Shown: positions 1-15,216 of the stretch, piece by piece
Numbering within the stretch: the first letter of the stretch is position 1
Layout of the letters: each line of letters starts with the position of its first letter
Origin: Camelus dromedarius
Taxonomy: Eukaryota
Length of the DNA: 64,000 bases
Direction of reading: 5' to 3'
NCBI RefSeq assembly: GCF_036321535.1
Contig: NC_087437.1
Coordinates: 61,134,001-61,198,000, forward strand
Program-made: the position numbers and the translations under genes
The notes under the pieces: model-generated
What the model was told of the DNA's origin: nothing
The model's database searches: none
The model's input: the letters and a program-made list of their open reading frames with translations, nothing else

Positions 1-97
1 TTAATAAGTCACTGAAGGAAAGATACTTCGAAACTATGTAAATAATCCTATTCCTAAACAAATTTTCCTCCAATGGTTTAGAATCCTAAGGAGCATT

Positions 98-288
98 GTT
101 TTTAAAACATTTTTTTATTGAGTTATAGTCATTTTACAGTGTTGTGTCAAATTCCAGTGTAGAGCACAATTTTTCAGTTATACATGAACATACATATATT
201 CATTGTGACATTTTTTTTTTCCACTGTGAGCTACCACAAGATCTTGTATGTATTTCCCTGTGCTATACAGTATAATCTTGTTTATCTA
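98..288 (-). mobile_element. Young 5'-truncated L1 3' end
   Basis: L1 3'UTR-like sequence with T-rich tail; perfect 12-bp TSD CTAAGGAGCATT (86-97, 289-300). Same family as 36386-36518. Confidence 0.85.
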
Positions 289-2068
289 CTAAGGAGCATT
301 TTTATATCATAAGCATGATTTCCTCACCTTGGTTGAAGACTTCTTGAGAAGATAGCTTATACTTAAAAAATAATGTGTTAATACCTTTTACACAATAAGT
401 ACTCAGTGTTATTGACTTTCTGACCTTGAGCTACCTGACACCAGATAGCTGATTATATTTCTTATAATGGATTTTGTCTGCCTACTCAGAATTTAACAGA
501 TACTAGCAGCAAAGTTCTGTTGTATGCAAATTAGAAAAGGTCACTAATTGGACTGATTAGGCATTCATAGTAGGCCTCTCAGACCAGTGAGATGGGAGTA
601 GTAAATTGAATATTTTGAAAGAATAATTAAGAAAAATAATGAAGAAAATTTCTGAGCATCATCACTGGAAACACTAATTAAATATATAGTACTCTCTTTC
701 CATTTTATTTTAATTTATAATAAAAGACATTTGAATTTTAATTTGTGTATGTGATGAAAGGAAGTTTCTGGGTGGTGTTCATCTTTCAGTTTAGACTCTT
801 ATGATATTTTCTCATATCTGCCTAATACTTAGCCATGACTCATGAGGTGTCACCTTCAGTCTCTAAGAATTAGGTCAGGTTTCTTGTAGATCTTGTCACA
901 TTGCCAGTTGGAATTTAGCAGGAAGGAAGAAAGTAAGACAAAATTGCAATTGTTTAGATGAACATCTTATTCTGGAGGGCTTATTAGAGGCAGTAGGCAG
1001 AGTAGAAAGACCTCATTCTGTCTGGTATTTTGTTTTGTTTTCCACCTCTTCTCTGAGCGTCTTTTTCCCCCCTTTCACTGTACCATATCTTGGGCAGAGA
1101 TGGCAGTTGATCATTAAAATTCCTCTATCCCCAATTTCTGACTGATGCCTAAAATTTCATCATTATCAAGAAGTTAATTTATTTGTGCAAATTATGTTAC
1201 TCCAGAAAAATGCAGATATCCTTTCAGGGTATTAGAGGGGTAGCATAAGCCAGCATCTAAACATGATACATCAAATATTCAGAACTTTTTTGTGGTAGTT
1301 GCTAGAAGCTTTCTGCTAAATGAGATGATAATAAATATTTTTATTTTTAAAGGGAAGGGGAACCCTGGATGGGGTTTTAGTAGCTGGGGACTCTGAACAA
1401 GCTTAAGGTGCTAAGACTCTGAAAGAGGAAGGGGAAATGAGTATTGAAAAAGGAAGAGGAGGGATATTTAAAATATACAGTACACTTTCTAAACAGTTTT
1501 CATGACTCTTAACTCTGGAGGAGTCTTGTCTGAAATCTACAGAGCAGTTAGAGTTAAGAAATCAATGCTTTGTTAAACCAGGAATTGCTGATGGCCATCC
1601 TCTAAAAAAAAAAGGCTCTTTTCTCCATCTGTACCAAAGACATATCTTTTATATTTCCTTGCATCTGTCATACCTCTAGGTGTCCTAGGGATATAATGTT
1701 AAGGGTAGTGGGAAAGTCTGTGTAACTAACTTTCTTGGCCATATTATTCCAGTCTTTTGCATGCAGTCAAGATATGAAATTAGCAGTTAATATACAAGCT
1801 GCATTGGCTGGGGAATAATTTCCAAGGTCAGGTGACTAATAGTGGCCATTGTTCCACAGAGAGGCATTTCAGTGTTTCTACTAGAGCCTGGGTTTTGTGA
1901 AGCTCTGTTGTTTTTGCCAGATGCAATTGGTTTATCTTTGTGAAATGTGTGCTATGGAATTGATGCTAAGTGCATCCATATTAACCCCTCTGAAATACTG
2001 CTAACAGGCTTTTCCCACCCCAATGAGAAAAAAATTTCTTTTCAGTGTCTAGGACCCGTTAAAAGAAG

Positions 2069-2185
2069 ATGGATGCACAGAATTCAGCCAAGGTCAACAC
2101 GAGGAAGAGGAGGAAAGAGGCACCTGGACCCAACGGAGCAACAGAGGAGGATGGAATTCCTTTAAAAATGCCACGTTGTGCAATT
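2069..2185 (+). CDS. PCYT1A: Choline-phosphate cytidylyltransferase A (CCTalpha), coding exon 1 (aa 1-39, includes RKRRK NLS)
   Basis: ATG at 2069 translates [39 protein letters not shown]. Donor GTAAGT at 2186. Upstream acceptor AGs end at 2045 and 2052. Confidence 0.96.
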
Positions 2186-3073
2186 GTAAGTAAGGAAGAG
2201 ATTTCTTTGTTGAACACTTAACCTGGAAGGAGGAGGGTAGAAACTGATACAACACTGCTGATATCAGCATTACAAGTCTTCTTTAGTAATGGAAAGAATG
2301 AATAGTAAGTGTGAATAATAAGTTTCCAACAGTTGTTGGAAATCTTATGCTTTCTTACCAGATTATATCTTACACTCAGTTGCAAGAGCTTTACATTGAA
2401 ACTGAAGAAAGAATGTTAGGAAAATTTGGAGGTTGTATGTGTATTAGGCTAAAGATCAAATTCAAATAAATGAAATAGAGAAATCGGAGCTCCAGTGATC
2501 TAATCTTGGTATCATGTCATGGTGTTTAATTTTCTGTGTTTTACTGTCTTTTCTCTCATATCACTCCTTCACTTTATTACTGGTTATATCTTAGATGAGA
2601 ACCGTTTTCTATTACTGCCCACTTTATGTTCTTTTATCTCTGGGATGTTATCTTTGTATTTCCTAACTACTTCCAAGCCTTTGGTGAAAGATCCCATTCC
2701 ATACTGCTCATCTTGTCTCAGGTTGGTACCCTTCCTGAAGCTTCCCCTAAAAAACATGTCAAAGAATATTTGTATGCAATTGGGGTTATTATTGATATAT
2801 AGTATTATGAAATCCATGTTTCAAAATGCCAGTGACAGAATTTTATGTTTCTGTATTTTCTATACCAAAATTGACCATTAGCCATTGATCGAACTGCAGT
2901 TTCCACTGGTTAGGTCTGGAGCTTTGTGGCCCAAAAGGAAAAACATTTCTGCTCTGACACAATTAATAGTTATTCCAAAGCAATACTCTATCTTAAGCAA
3001 TAAAAGCAACTGGACTCCACAAATAGGAGGGATATACTCCAGGCCTGATATTGATGATGGTGGTGGAGGCAAG

Positions 3074-3550
3074 TGTGTTAGTTTCCTATTGCTACTGTAA
3101 CAAATTAACAAATTTAGTGTCCTGAAACAATACAGCTATATTATCTTATAGTTCTGGAGGTCAGAAGTCTGAAATGGGTCTCAGAAGGCTAAAATCAAAG
3201 TTTTGGTAGGTCTGGAGGTTCTAGGGGAGAAACTGTTTCCTTGCATTTTCTAGCTTCTAAAGGTTTCCCATATTGCTTTGCTCGTGGGCCAGCCAGCAAT
3301 CACAGCACTCTGACTGCTGCTTCTGTCATCATATCTCCTTCTCATTCTGGCTCTCCTGCCTCCTTCATTCACTTGTAAAGACTCTCGTGATTACATTGGA
3401 CATAACTTGGCTAATGCAGGGTAATCTCCCTAGCTCAAAATCCTTTAAGCACATTTGCAAAGCCCCCTTTGCCATGTAAGGTTACATAGTCACAGGTTCT
3501 AGAAGATAAGACATAGACATCCTTAGGGGGCCATTATTCTTTATATCACA
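3074..3550 (-). mobile_element. MaLR (MLT1-type) solo LTR
   Basis: TG...CA termini, typical MLT1 motifs, 5-bp TSD GCAAG (3069-3073, 3551-3555). Confidence 0.85.
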
Positions 3551-4065
3551 GCAAGTAAACTCAGAAAATGACTCAGAAGTCAACAAAACAGCATTGTTAA
3601 TTTCTGGATACTTCTTAAGAGAATTCAAGTGAAGGAATTGGTGGGTACCAATTCAGCAATCTCACTTGGAGTAGGGAAAAGTTATAACCAAGTAGGTAAT
3701 ACTCTCAGACAATCATCATAGCCAGGGGAACAGCAAAGAAGGCCAGCCTTAGTGGAATGGGCTCTGAGAAGTCTTACATTTCTTGGTCCTTAGAATCTGA
3801 GGGATCTCAATGCTTTAAATTACTTTGCTTCATATATTCATGTCACAAATCAGTTAAGTGACTTGCTGCCTATTTCACATTCCTTTCTGGTACACACTGG
3901 CTATTTAACATGGGCTAATAGTCAAAGATTCACTCACCCAACAGGCCAGACTGACTCTAATGAGGAGTGTCTGCTAAACAAACTTGTCTGTCATCTCCAC
4001 TGTACACATGTGCTTTCTATCTCTGAATTCTTTTCAACTCTTGCAGCGAAAACAAACACAATTTT

Positions 4066-4495
4066 TTCTTTTTTTATAACAGCTTATTGAGATCATAAAT
4101 CCACCTATTTAAACTGTACAATTCAATAGGTTTTAATACATTCACAGAGTTTTGCTATCATCACCACAACCAATTGTACAATATTTTTATCACCTGCAAA
4201 AGAAGCCCTGTACCCATTAGCAGCCACTCATAACTTCCTCCTAACCTCCCCAACCTCTAGAAATCACTAATCTAGTTTCAGTATCTATAGATTTGCCTAT
4301 TCTGGATATTGCATACAAATGGCATCATACAAAAAGTGATCTTTTGTGGCTGGCTCCTTCCACTGAGCATGTTTTCAAGATTCATTAATGTAGCATATTC
4401 AGAACTTGATTTCTTTTTATTGACAAATAACATTCCATCGTATACCACATGCCACATTTTATTTATCCATTCATTAGGTGACATTTGAGTTGAGC
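4066..4495 (-). mobile_element. Old L1 (L1MB-like) 3' fragment
   Basis: Recognisable L1M 3'UTR motifs (ccctgtacccattagcag, gatttgcctattctgga); boundaries approximate. Confidence 0.75.
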
Positions 4496-4964
4496 AAACA
4501 AGATTTTATCACATACTTACAATATACCAGCATGGCAGTAGTTACTAGGAATGTAAAGATAAACAATACCTTACTTTTGAGAGATGTGAGCATAATGTAG
4601 AGCTCTGTAGCTCAGATCTTACTAGCTTTAGAAAAATACTTTCCTTGAAAGCAGGGAAAGGAATAGGAAGGATCACTAAGTATTTGGTAGCTGAGTTGGT
4701 AGGTCAGGATAGAATGGATATAAGGGAGAGAAAAGAGTTAAAGAGGAAAAATTAAGGGATAATTTTATGGCTAGTTTATAAGTATAAAGAATTTACTGAA
4801 ACAGATATTTCTAAAGGTAAAATCAAAAGGATCACAAAAAGTTTTACAAAGTTCAGCCTGACTTAATATTTATCATATGTATGAATAAGTCACAAAGTAC
4901 CTAAACTCTGGAGAAAATTGGCTGAAGTTCTGCTTATGAAAATAAAGTTTATAATCTCATTTCA

Positions 4965-5860
4965 AACTACATACATTGAGAACCTCTGTGTGTCATTTGC
5001 TGTGCATCGAGATGCAGATATTAAAAGATGGTTTACCCTTAAGAAGCTCACAGACAAATAAGGAAAAGAGAGAAATAATTAAGATACAGTATGAAAAGGG
5101 CCAAATAGAAGGAATTTAGAGGTACAATGGCCATCTAAGGATCAACAGATTAACTTTGATTCAGGGGTAGGGACAGTGGTTTTGGAAAAGCTTCCTTGAG
5201 ATTATTTCTGAGTTGAATTTTGAAGGATAAATAGGAATTTAAGAAATGGACATGAGATAGAGTTGAGACAGAACTTGTAGTTCTAGAAGTATGAAATAGT
5301 AGTATGTTAGCAAACTGCAAGTAATTCTACTGCAGCTTAAAGTTCAGAATCAGAATCTGCAATAAGGGCCTGTTCATGAAGGATTTTGTATGCTGTGCTA
5401 AGGAATTTGAACTTTATCCTATAGGTAATGTGATCAGATATGCAGTTTAGAAAGTTGTCCTAATTGGGAAAGGATGGTTGAAACAGGAATAGACAGAAGC
5501 CACAGGACTAATTGTGAGGTTACTGTAATGATCCAGGGTTGGAGGTGATGAGGGATTAAACTAAGACAGTAGATACAGGAGGACAAGATAAATTTTAAGT
5601 TTCTAAGAAGTAAAATAGACAATTATTGCAAATTATCAGGATGCAGAGGATGAGAGGTGTTGAGGATGACTCCTAGGTTTCAGTTTTAGGTTGTTTGTGT
5701 AGATGGGGTGTTTTTCACTCAGATAAGAAATACAGGAGGAAGAACTATTTTAGGAGGAAGATGAAGAGTTTAGTACAACTTGGAAGGTCTATGAAAAATC
5801 CAGATAATAGATAGACGAGCTCACTGTTTGCATCTATTGAAATGGCAGCAGGAGTCAGGG
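4965..5860 (-). mobile_element. L2 remnant
   Basis: L2-like motifs (aagctcacag, aaggaatttgaactttatcct, gatgactcctaggttt); boundaries approximate. Confidence 0.6.
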
Positions 5861-6494
5861 ACAATTACTGTTTTTCTCTTCTTTTTTTAAAAAACCAAAT
5901 CCCCATGGGTTCGAATCTTTCTGCTCTGTTCGTTATCCCTTTTTCCCATACCACGTGGAATTCCTCTTGACTCTGTAGCCTTTTCCCAGGCATTATTGAA
6001 ATAATTTGGCACTTAGGAGGATATATTACCATTTGTGCAGAATATTTGGGTAAATGGGAAATGTTTCTCTGTGACATTCTGAAACTTTTTGCTGAAAAAT
6101 GTTTAAGAATTTTTGGAAATAGAGTACATACTGGGAAGCTAATATCAAGTTCTAGTATTATATTATTTGAGTTATTGCTACTTTCCTATGAGTAAGGACA
6201 CCAGAATCTCTTCTCTTTTGCTAGAATTCTGAGGAATAATATATGTGAATATAATCAGGAAAAAGTTTTTATGGAAGTAGTATTGCATTCAGAAGATCAT
6301 TTATAATTTGGAGGATGATAATCATTATAAGTTTTAATTTTTAGTTATAATAATATTAGTTATAATTTGTATAGATTTAGAAAATTTATATAGCATTTAG
6401 AAGCTAACTTCTTAGATTAATACAATTTAGTTAATTTTGTTGGGATAATGAAACATGTTCCATAGAATGGAAGAGAAAATGAACTAATGTTGAT

Positions 6495-6720
6495 ACAGAT
6501 TTGTTGAGTGCCTACTATATGTGAAACATTGTGCTAGTTACCTTCCATGTGCTCTTTTATTTAATCCTCACAGCAGCCTTGTGGAGCAGGTATGATTATC
6601 TTCCATTTTATAGAAGATGAAATGAAAGCTTTAGAAGCTTGCTGTGATTTCACTGCTATTAAGTGATAGAGCTGGAATTTAGATCTAAGTTTTTTCCAGT
6701 TCCAGACTCTTGCCCTTTCA
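6495..6720 (-). mobile_element. MIR SINE
   Basis: MIR core (tttaatcctcacagcagcc...ccattttataga); boundaries approximate. Confidence 0.65.
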
Positions 6721-7129
6721 TTTATACTTTGCTAACAGAAAGTCAAAAGACCTGAAAGCAGTATTATTATGTAGGATTCCTTTGAGGTTAAAATGAAGTT
6801 TGTTTTAGGAGAGCATTAGTAGGATCACTTAGTCCTACTTTTATAAATCTCAGCTTTTAAAGACATTGTTCTCTAACTGGGAAGAGAATAATAGGGTGTT
6901 TTTAAAAAATACTACTCATTCTAACTGGAGGCAACCCTAGAGAGTTAAAGATTTTGCTTATCTGTTGCAGCTGAAGAACCTTAGTTTTCATTCTCTATAC
7001 TTAGGAGGAATTGATTCAGCACAAATCCTAGCCAGGAAGGACAGCTGCATTTGCCTTCTGCCTTGGAGTATACACAGTATACAAGGAAGATTGAAGAAAC
7101 AGAGTTATGAAAGATAGGATACTTAATGT

Positions 7130-7945
7130 ATCTTTTAAAATTGAGATAAAATTCACATAACATTAAGTTCACCATTTTAATAATTTTAAAGTGTACAATT
7201 CAGTGGTTTTTAGTAAATTCACAATGTTGTACAACCATCACTGCTATCTAATTCCAGAACATTTTTATCACCACAAAAAGAAACCCTGTACCCATTAGCA
7301 ATCATTCCCTCATTCCCCGCTCTCTACATCCTGGTAACCACCTGTCTACTTTCTCTCTCTAGGAATTTGTCTATTCTGGACATTTTGCATAATCACACAC
7401 TGTGTGGCCTTTGTGTCTGGCTTCTTTTACTTAGCACAGTGTTTTTAAGGTTCATCCAGGTGGTAGCGTTTATTAATACTTCTTTCCTTTTTATAGGTGA
7501 GTCTGTGGAGGCATGCTGCTTTGTTTATCCAGTCACCAGTTATTGGACATTTTGATTATTTCCACTTTTTAGCTATTGTTAATAATGTTACGAACATTAC
7601 TCATGTACAAGATTTTTTTTAAACATATGTTTTGACTTCTCTTGGTTATATATTGAGGACTATAATTTCTGGGTCATATGGTATTCTTTGTTTAACATTT
7701 TGAAGAAATATTTTCCAGAGCTGTGCACCAGTTTACATTCATAGCAGCAGTGTGTGGAGGTTCCGATTTCTCCACTTTCTTGCCATCACTGTTGCTGCCT
7801 GTCTTTTTGGTTTTAGCCATCCTAGTGGGTGTGAAGGAGTATCTCATTGTGGTTTTGATTTGCATTTCTGTAGTGACTAACATTGTTGAGCATCTTTTCA
7901 TGTGTTTTTTGGCCATTAGTATATCTTTTTTGGAGAAATATCTAG
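7130..7945 (-). mobile_element. Old L1 (L1MB-like) 3' fragment including ORF2 C-terminal remnant
   Basis: Minus-strand translation MAKKHMKRCSTMLVTTEMQIKTTMRYSFTPTRMA resembles the L1 ORF2 C-terminus. Confidence 0.85.
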
Positions 7946-9398
7946 ATCTCTCTTTCTTCTTAACTCTTCACTTCCCTCTTCTGCCTCTCTTCCATTCGTC
8001 AGGGACTAACCCTAGATTTTTCAGTTACTTTTAATTCCTTTTTTTCTCTTCGTGGACCTATTAACTTGGCCTTCTAATGATTAAAGTTTCTAGCTTGATC
8101 TGGGCTGTATATAGTGCTCAATAGTTCCATTAATCATTTGCTTAATCAAATGCTTAAATACATTTCCCACAACATTTACTCCTAATATTTTGTACTTTCT
8201 TCAAGCTTTCAGTCTCATTCTAAGGTCCCTGTTCTTCATAGGTAACTTTACTTTCTTCTTTACTATACTGAGAAAATTAAGAGCATTTAGAAATGCTTGT
8301 GCTTCTAGGAAAATGTCATCCTTTTTATTTCTAGGGCTAACACCTTCCGCCGTGCTTTCCTTTGAGGCCATTCTTTGTCATTCTTCTAGACTCTTCTTTC
8401 CTTAATTATCTGGGTCCCCCCCCCCCTGTTATTTTCAATTTCTTTGGCTCCTTTTCCTTGGTCTTGGACATGTACAGATCTCCTCAACTTAAAAAACCAA
8501 AAACCAAAAACCAAAAACCAGAACTGCCACTTGATTCTTCTGTTCCCTCTAAGTACCTATTTTTCTCATTCCCTTTATGGCAACGTATCTCTAATGAAAG
8601 ATTGTTACTAATTATTTCCTTGTCTTCCATTTTTCTTAAAGGCACTATTGTTCTGACTTTCACTAACGTATTCTAGAATATGTAGTCATTTGAATCTCCA
8701 AATTCAAAGACTCTCAGTTCTCATTTTCTTTGATCTCAACTCCTTTTTAAAAAACTTCTCTATTCTTGCTGATGGTACTGCAGTCTTATTTTCTTTAGTT
8801 CTAAACCTCAGTTATAAACTCCTCTCTTTCTCAAGTGACAAATATTTTCTCTTTACCATGTCCTACCTATTCTTCCTTCACAAAATCTTTTATCTGTAAC
8901 CTTTTGTACTCCCACTGCAGCATTAGTGGAAAAATTCCTAAGTCCATTTCCTTCTCCCTGTAATAACCTCTGAACTAATCTCCTTCAAAATATGCAAAAT
9001 AACCTGATGTCCTGGTAAATTAACTCACTGTAGGGGTTGAGGGGGGAATTGCACATGAGAGCTGTGTACCTTCCCAGTCCCATAGTTAAAGCGGTGTGAA
9101 AAGGCACTTGTGAGCCTTGGCAGTTTCATCACACAGATCAGGGTTGGCTGTTCTGCCATGTGGCAGAGGACCCGTCATTCCGGACCCATTAGTTGAGACT
9201 ATACTTAGGTCCCCAGCCACCTTGCTTAGTCTTACTCTGAAATCACCAGCAAGACATTTATCTTTCATTCCACGATTTGTCCATTTGGTAAAAGGTTGCA
9301 ACTTTCACTTGTCATGCTGGAATGCTTATTTTTAAAAAAATCTTTTTCATGTTATGAGTTTTAGGAAGAGTTTTAATCACAGCATATTGAATAACTGA

Positions 9399-9590
<192 letters not shown>

Positions 9591-12500
9591 TAAACACCTA
9601 ATTAATTTTGTTGTTTTACTATTGTCTTTAGGATTCAGTTGTATTTTTCAAATATACACCTACTCTCTATATTCTTCCCTCAGTTTACCTATAAAGGCTA
9701 GTTGGGGGAGGCGTTCCTCCCATCTCCCTTGCTCTTCTATTTGGGAGGATAACTGTACTCCATAGAATTTCATTTCTTCTTGTTGTATACTTGTTTCCCA
9801 GGATTTTGTCATAGCTGTGGGATTTAGTGGAGCAGAGACAATACAATATTAGTCTGAGCTGGGTTTTAATCTTACCTGTTTACAAAGGTCCAGATAATGA
9901 CTGTCACGTTTTTAATAGCCTTCAGAGTTGTCCCCCCAATTTTCCTTTCTATCAGTCAGTACACACTAGCTATGATGCTGCTGACTTATGGAGGACAAAA
10001 ATAGCCCAAGTTAGGAGATGCTTATCACTTAATTTTATCTTTATTAATGTTATCATTTTTTCAGGTTTTTTTTTAAAGACTTGCTTTATTATTTTCAAAG
10101 CCTGTGGTCTATTTGTATACTTAGTTGCCATCATTAATTAGCAATTTTTGGGTATATAAATTGTTAATGTGTATTCTAGATACTCTTCCTTTTTTGGTTT
10201 TACGGATCATCGTAAATAGAAACCTCCATTAGCATTTGTTATGAATATAAAGTCCCATAAGCATCAGTTCTTACTCCTCTGTAAATTCTTCTTTTTTTTT
10301 TTCCAATCTTTTTTCAGTTCTCTTGATTACTGTGGTGTTTACTCTGTAAATGTAGGGCCAGACTCAAACCCAGGCAAACACTGAAAAATAAGAGGCCATT
10401 ATATCCACAAATCTATACATTTCCAGTATATAGAAGATATTTGTGGTTACTTCTTAATTATGTTAGTATGTTTCCTTTCTGTTGTGACTTAGGAGTAGTG
10501 AAATATGAATAGAAATGAATGCTGGACAGTGTCAGGCCAGGGATCCCAGTATCCCTTGGCTGTATCTTGACTATATGGAGTATGATTTTTGGGTTCTCAG
10601 AATTCAAGAGAAATCCTTTTCTTTTGTAAAAGTGTTTAGATATAGCTCATGTTGATCACAACCCTTCTGATTCATGATGTGATTTTTTGGGTTTGGCTCC
10701 TCTTACTTGTGTAATAGGCAGGCTAATGGAGCAGGGTAAAATGACAACCAGGCCATAGTGTTGGCAGGTGAAATTTCAAAATGGCACCAACAAGTTAAGG
10801 GTCACAGTCAGATATGATAGTAGAGCCTGTTGAGGGCAAGAACTTTTCATATACTCTCTGTTGACACATATTCCCAGAATGCAGTAACTCACTCAGATCT
10901 GATACATTACTTATATTACCCACATTGTTGCTAATCAATCTACATACCAATTGTGGTAGGTAAAAATGTATGTATGTGTGTGTACTGTTCCCAAGTTTTG
11001 AGCTTATAATTAACAAGCAGTAACTAATAAATCTAATTTTAAAAATTTTAGAATAGCAGAATTTTACAAGTAAGTCATTTTTGAGATTATCTACTATAAA
11101 GACTATAACTCTTTATTTTACACATTAATAAATTAAAGTCCATAGAAGCTAAGAAGTGAAGTTTCCTCTATAATAAAACAAATAATTAGAGATAGAATTG
11201 AAGCTACAACCTAAGTTTTTCCATCTTTGTGTTCTTTTCATCCTGGAGTGGTGCTACTCTTGATAGACATTAGTTATAAGTAATAGAAGGCCATCAGCAA
11301 ACTGACTGTATTTTAAGTGGAACAAATAGTCACAAATTGGCCTCTAAAGTTTACCAATCTAATTTGACCTCGACCTCTGGTTTTTCCTTTATCTTATTCT
11401 ATCTGTTCAGTTTTATGTTAAATAACCAAGTAATGACTGTCTTTTTGCCAATGCTGGATAAGGAATAAACCAATAAATAATCTACACATACTGTAGTTAG
11501 TGAATTTTAAACCATCCCTCCCCCTGCCCCCAGGTTTTCACTTAGGGAGGCTAAGGGGGTGCAAGAAGGCAGTTTGTGTAATCTTGGAGAAAATTCACTA
11601 TCTCACTACTTAGAATTAAAAGAAATAGGGCTTGAGAGATGAGATGATCATCTCTTTTGGAAGATTAAAAAAATCAGCACTATATTCTGTTGGAGAAAGG
11701 AAGAAAAAGGCAGAGTCTGAAGGGCAATGGAAATATGTTAAAGACAGAATGTTTCAGTGACAGCTGTTTGAGAGAATATATCAAAAGAGCTAACAAATTG
11801 AAACCCAGTTCTCTTCTGCTTAAAGAAGAACATCTAGTTAATCTAGCAGTAGTGCAAGGGCTATAATTTATAATCCAAATCAAGATCATTTTGAGAGTGA
11901 AAGAGGTTGCTCTTGATAATATGCTGGTACAACAGATGTAAATCAGGGTAAGGTCATCCTGACCAATAGCCACTTGGTAAAAGAATGGATAACTTGTGCT
12001 TTTCCCCCTGATTTTTAGTTCAACAGTGGCCCCTTCTGGCCATTTTGTTAATATACCAGGCTGGGTTTGCCAGAGACTTGGGGTTAAGTCATAGGGAATT
12101 GAGAGGTTGAAAGGCTGGGGAAGAGGGCAAGAGGCATATCTCGGGTCAGTCCAAGAAAGGGTTCAGAGGTGACTTGCCCTAATATGGGATGATTAACTCC
12201 CGCCAAATAGCCACTCAATCAACAGTGCTCTATGCAGTTGCCACTATCCAAGAAATGTGTTTACTGAGCTAAATCTCCTTTATCTCACTTTGCCCTTGTT
12301 AGATGTTAATGGCAAAGAAACAACACAATATTCTCAAGTTTTGTATTCCATCCTTTGTCTTTTAGGATCAAATAAAGTGGGATCATAGCCACTCTGAACT
12401 TGTTTAGAAAGGATAGAAGTATGTTAGTTACTGCAGGGTCATGACTTCTAGGATGTAGAAGAAAGATTATACTACTCAGATTTTGTTTTGTTTTGCTTTG

Positions 12501-14215
12501 TTTTATAGATGAGGAAACTGAGGTTTAATCTTAAGCAATTAAGTTCACAGAGGAATGAGGCTGGTTGGCAAGCTTGAGCTATAACTTTTCTGACTCTTAC
12601 ATCTATCATTATTTCTCAGTTTTTCATTGTATTGGTGTACTTATTTTAAAAATTTATTTCCTGTATTATAAAACCAATACTTTCCCATAGCCTAACATTC
12701 ATGAAGTACAAAAGGGATACAAAGTGTCTTCCTCTTACTACTGTCTCCCTAGTACCCCTAGGACCCCTTTTACAGGCAACCAGTATTACCAATTTCTTGT
12801 GGATATCTAAGTAAATAATGTATAAATCTTCCCACCCTTTTAGTGGGTGGATAATGTCATATTCAGTCTTCCACTGAAATTTAGGTTGTTTCCAAACTTT
12901 TGCTACTGTGAACAATGCTGCAGTGAATAACAAACTTATTTGCAAATGTGTCTGTAAGATAAATTCTTAGAATTGGAATAGCTGGGCCAAAGGGTATAAG
13001 TATTTGTCATTTGTCTTTTGATATTGTCTATTGCCTTTCTTAAAAGTTGTACCAATTTGTATTTCTATTAGCTGTGTAGACTTCTCAGTTTAAAAGCTAC
13101 CTGTTTTATGGATAAAGCTATCGAAAAAGAGAAGTCCATAAACCTCCTGAGAACCGGTTTCCTCCCCTTGATTCACTGTCCTCAAGGCAGGAGGGAGATG
13201 CATCTTATCCCTCCCTTCAGTATGGTACATCCAGTGAAGCTCTGGCTCTTCTTTCTCAGAATGATGTAGATACTCCTACTGTTATTTTCTGCTGCTACAG
13301 TGAAACAGCTCTTCCTTCATTCATGTAGTAGAAATACGTTACTAGCACTCCATTAGAATTATCATTTGAATCAGGGTGAACCATTATATCAATTTCATTC
13401 TCAATTTGTTTATTTGGCTTTGGAATTAGTCTTATACCCAGGAGATCATTTCTTGCCTTTTATTTCATAGTCTACTACCATTAAAAATAAATTGACAGTC
13501 AGTTCTCTATTATTCTCACTAATGGAGAGGAGAGGAGGAAAAGTTCTAATACAAAGTTCTAAAATATTTCTATTTGATTTTCAAATACATGATATATCAC
13601 CCTTTACTGAGAAAGTGTAATATCATGCTCACTAGCAAGGAGAAATGCTTGAAGAAATTTCGTCTGTTATCACAGAGCAGGTATTGAGAGTGAATCTGGA
13701 ACTGAGAAGCAATAAGTATGTAACTGGTACTTACCTTCCCTCTTTTTCTGTCTCACCCTTCTGAATCAGTATTTACTTTCAAAGCAAAGCAATAGTCATT
13801 AGTAAGCAAGGCAGCTTGAAAATGAAAGAGCTAAGCCAGAATATAGTTTAGTTACACTTTTTAAACATAACTGAAATTTAAACATAAACTGAAGGTGAGA
13901 ATTTCAAAGTTTAAGATACATCTCTTTTAAAAAAAAGATATATCTCTTGTATAACTCTCCTTTTTAATTCTAAAATAACTTGAGGAAAAAGCAATTGTGA
14001 AATTCAATTACCTGAGCAGTTTGGTACAACCAGGCTAACAAAGAGAGTTAGTTGATATGATGTCAAGAGCGTCTTTGAGTCAAGGAAGTTTGTGATGTTA
14101 TTCCTCACAACCCCAAAACACCCCAAATTAAGGTGAATATCCAGAGAACACCTTAAAAGAGGGATATGCAGGGATGGAACAGTCATACAGTGCCATTTCC
14201 ATTTGTTAAAAATGA

Positions 14216-14458
<243 letters not shown>

Positions 14459-14853
14459 TGAGTATATTGGCTCTTATTTTTGTTTTTAAATGAGGGAAAC
14501 ATTACAGCCTCCCTAAAACGTGAAGCATATGAAACATGAAGTGTATCAGCCTGGAGAGAGAGGTTCTAAGCTCATTGACCTGAGATGTCCAGGATTTCTC
14601 TCACTGTTTTTAGCTGGGTTTCAGCAGTCTGACCCCTGTTGCCTACCTAAGAACAGCATTTACTTTAGATTTCAGTTTATCATTTTGAATCAATTGTCTG
14701 CTAAGCAAATGTTATGTGGTCCAGTCCAGTCTTATACAAGTATAATAAGAAAACATTTTGTAAAACTTCTAACTGATGCAGAAATGCACAGCAATTTCAT
14801 TTAAAAGGCAAAGAGCTTAGTCCTCTGTGTAGCCTCCCTTCTCCAAAGTGTGA

Positions 14854-15216
<363 letters not shown>
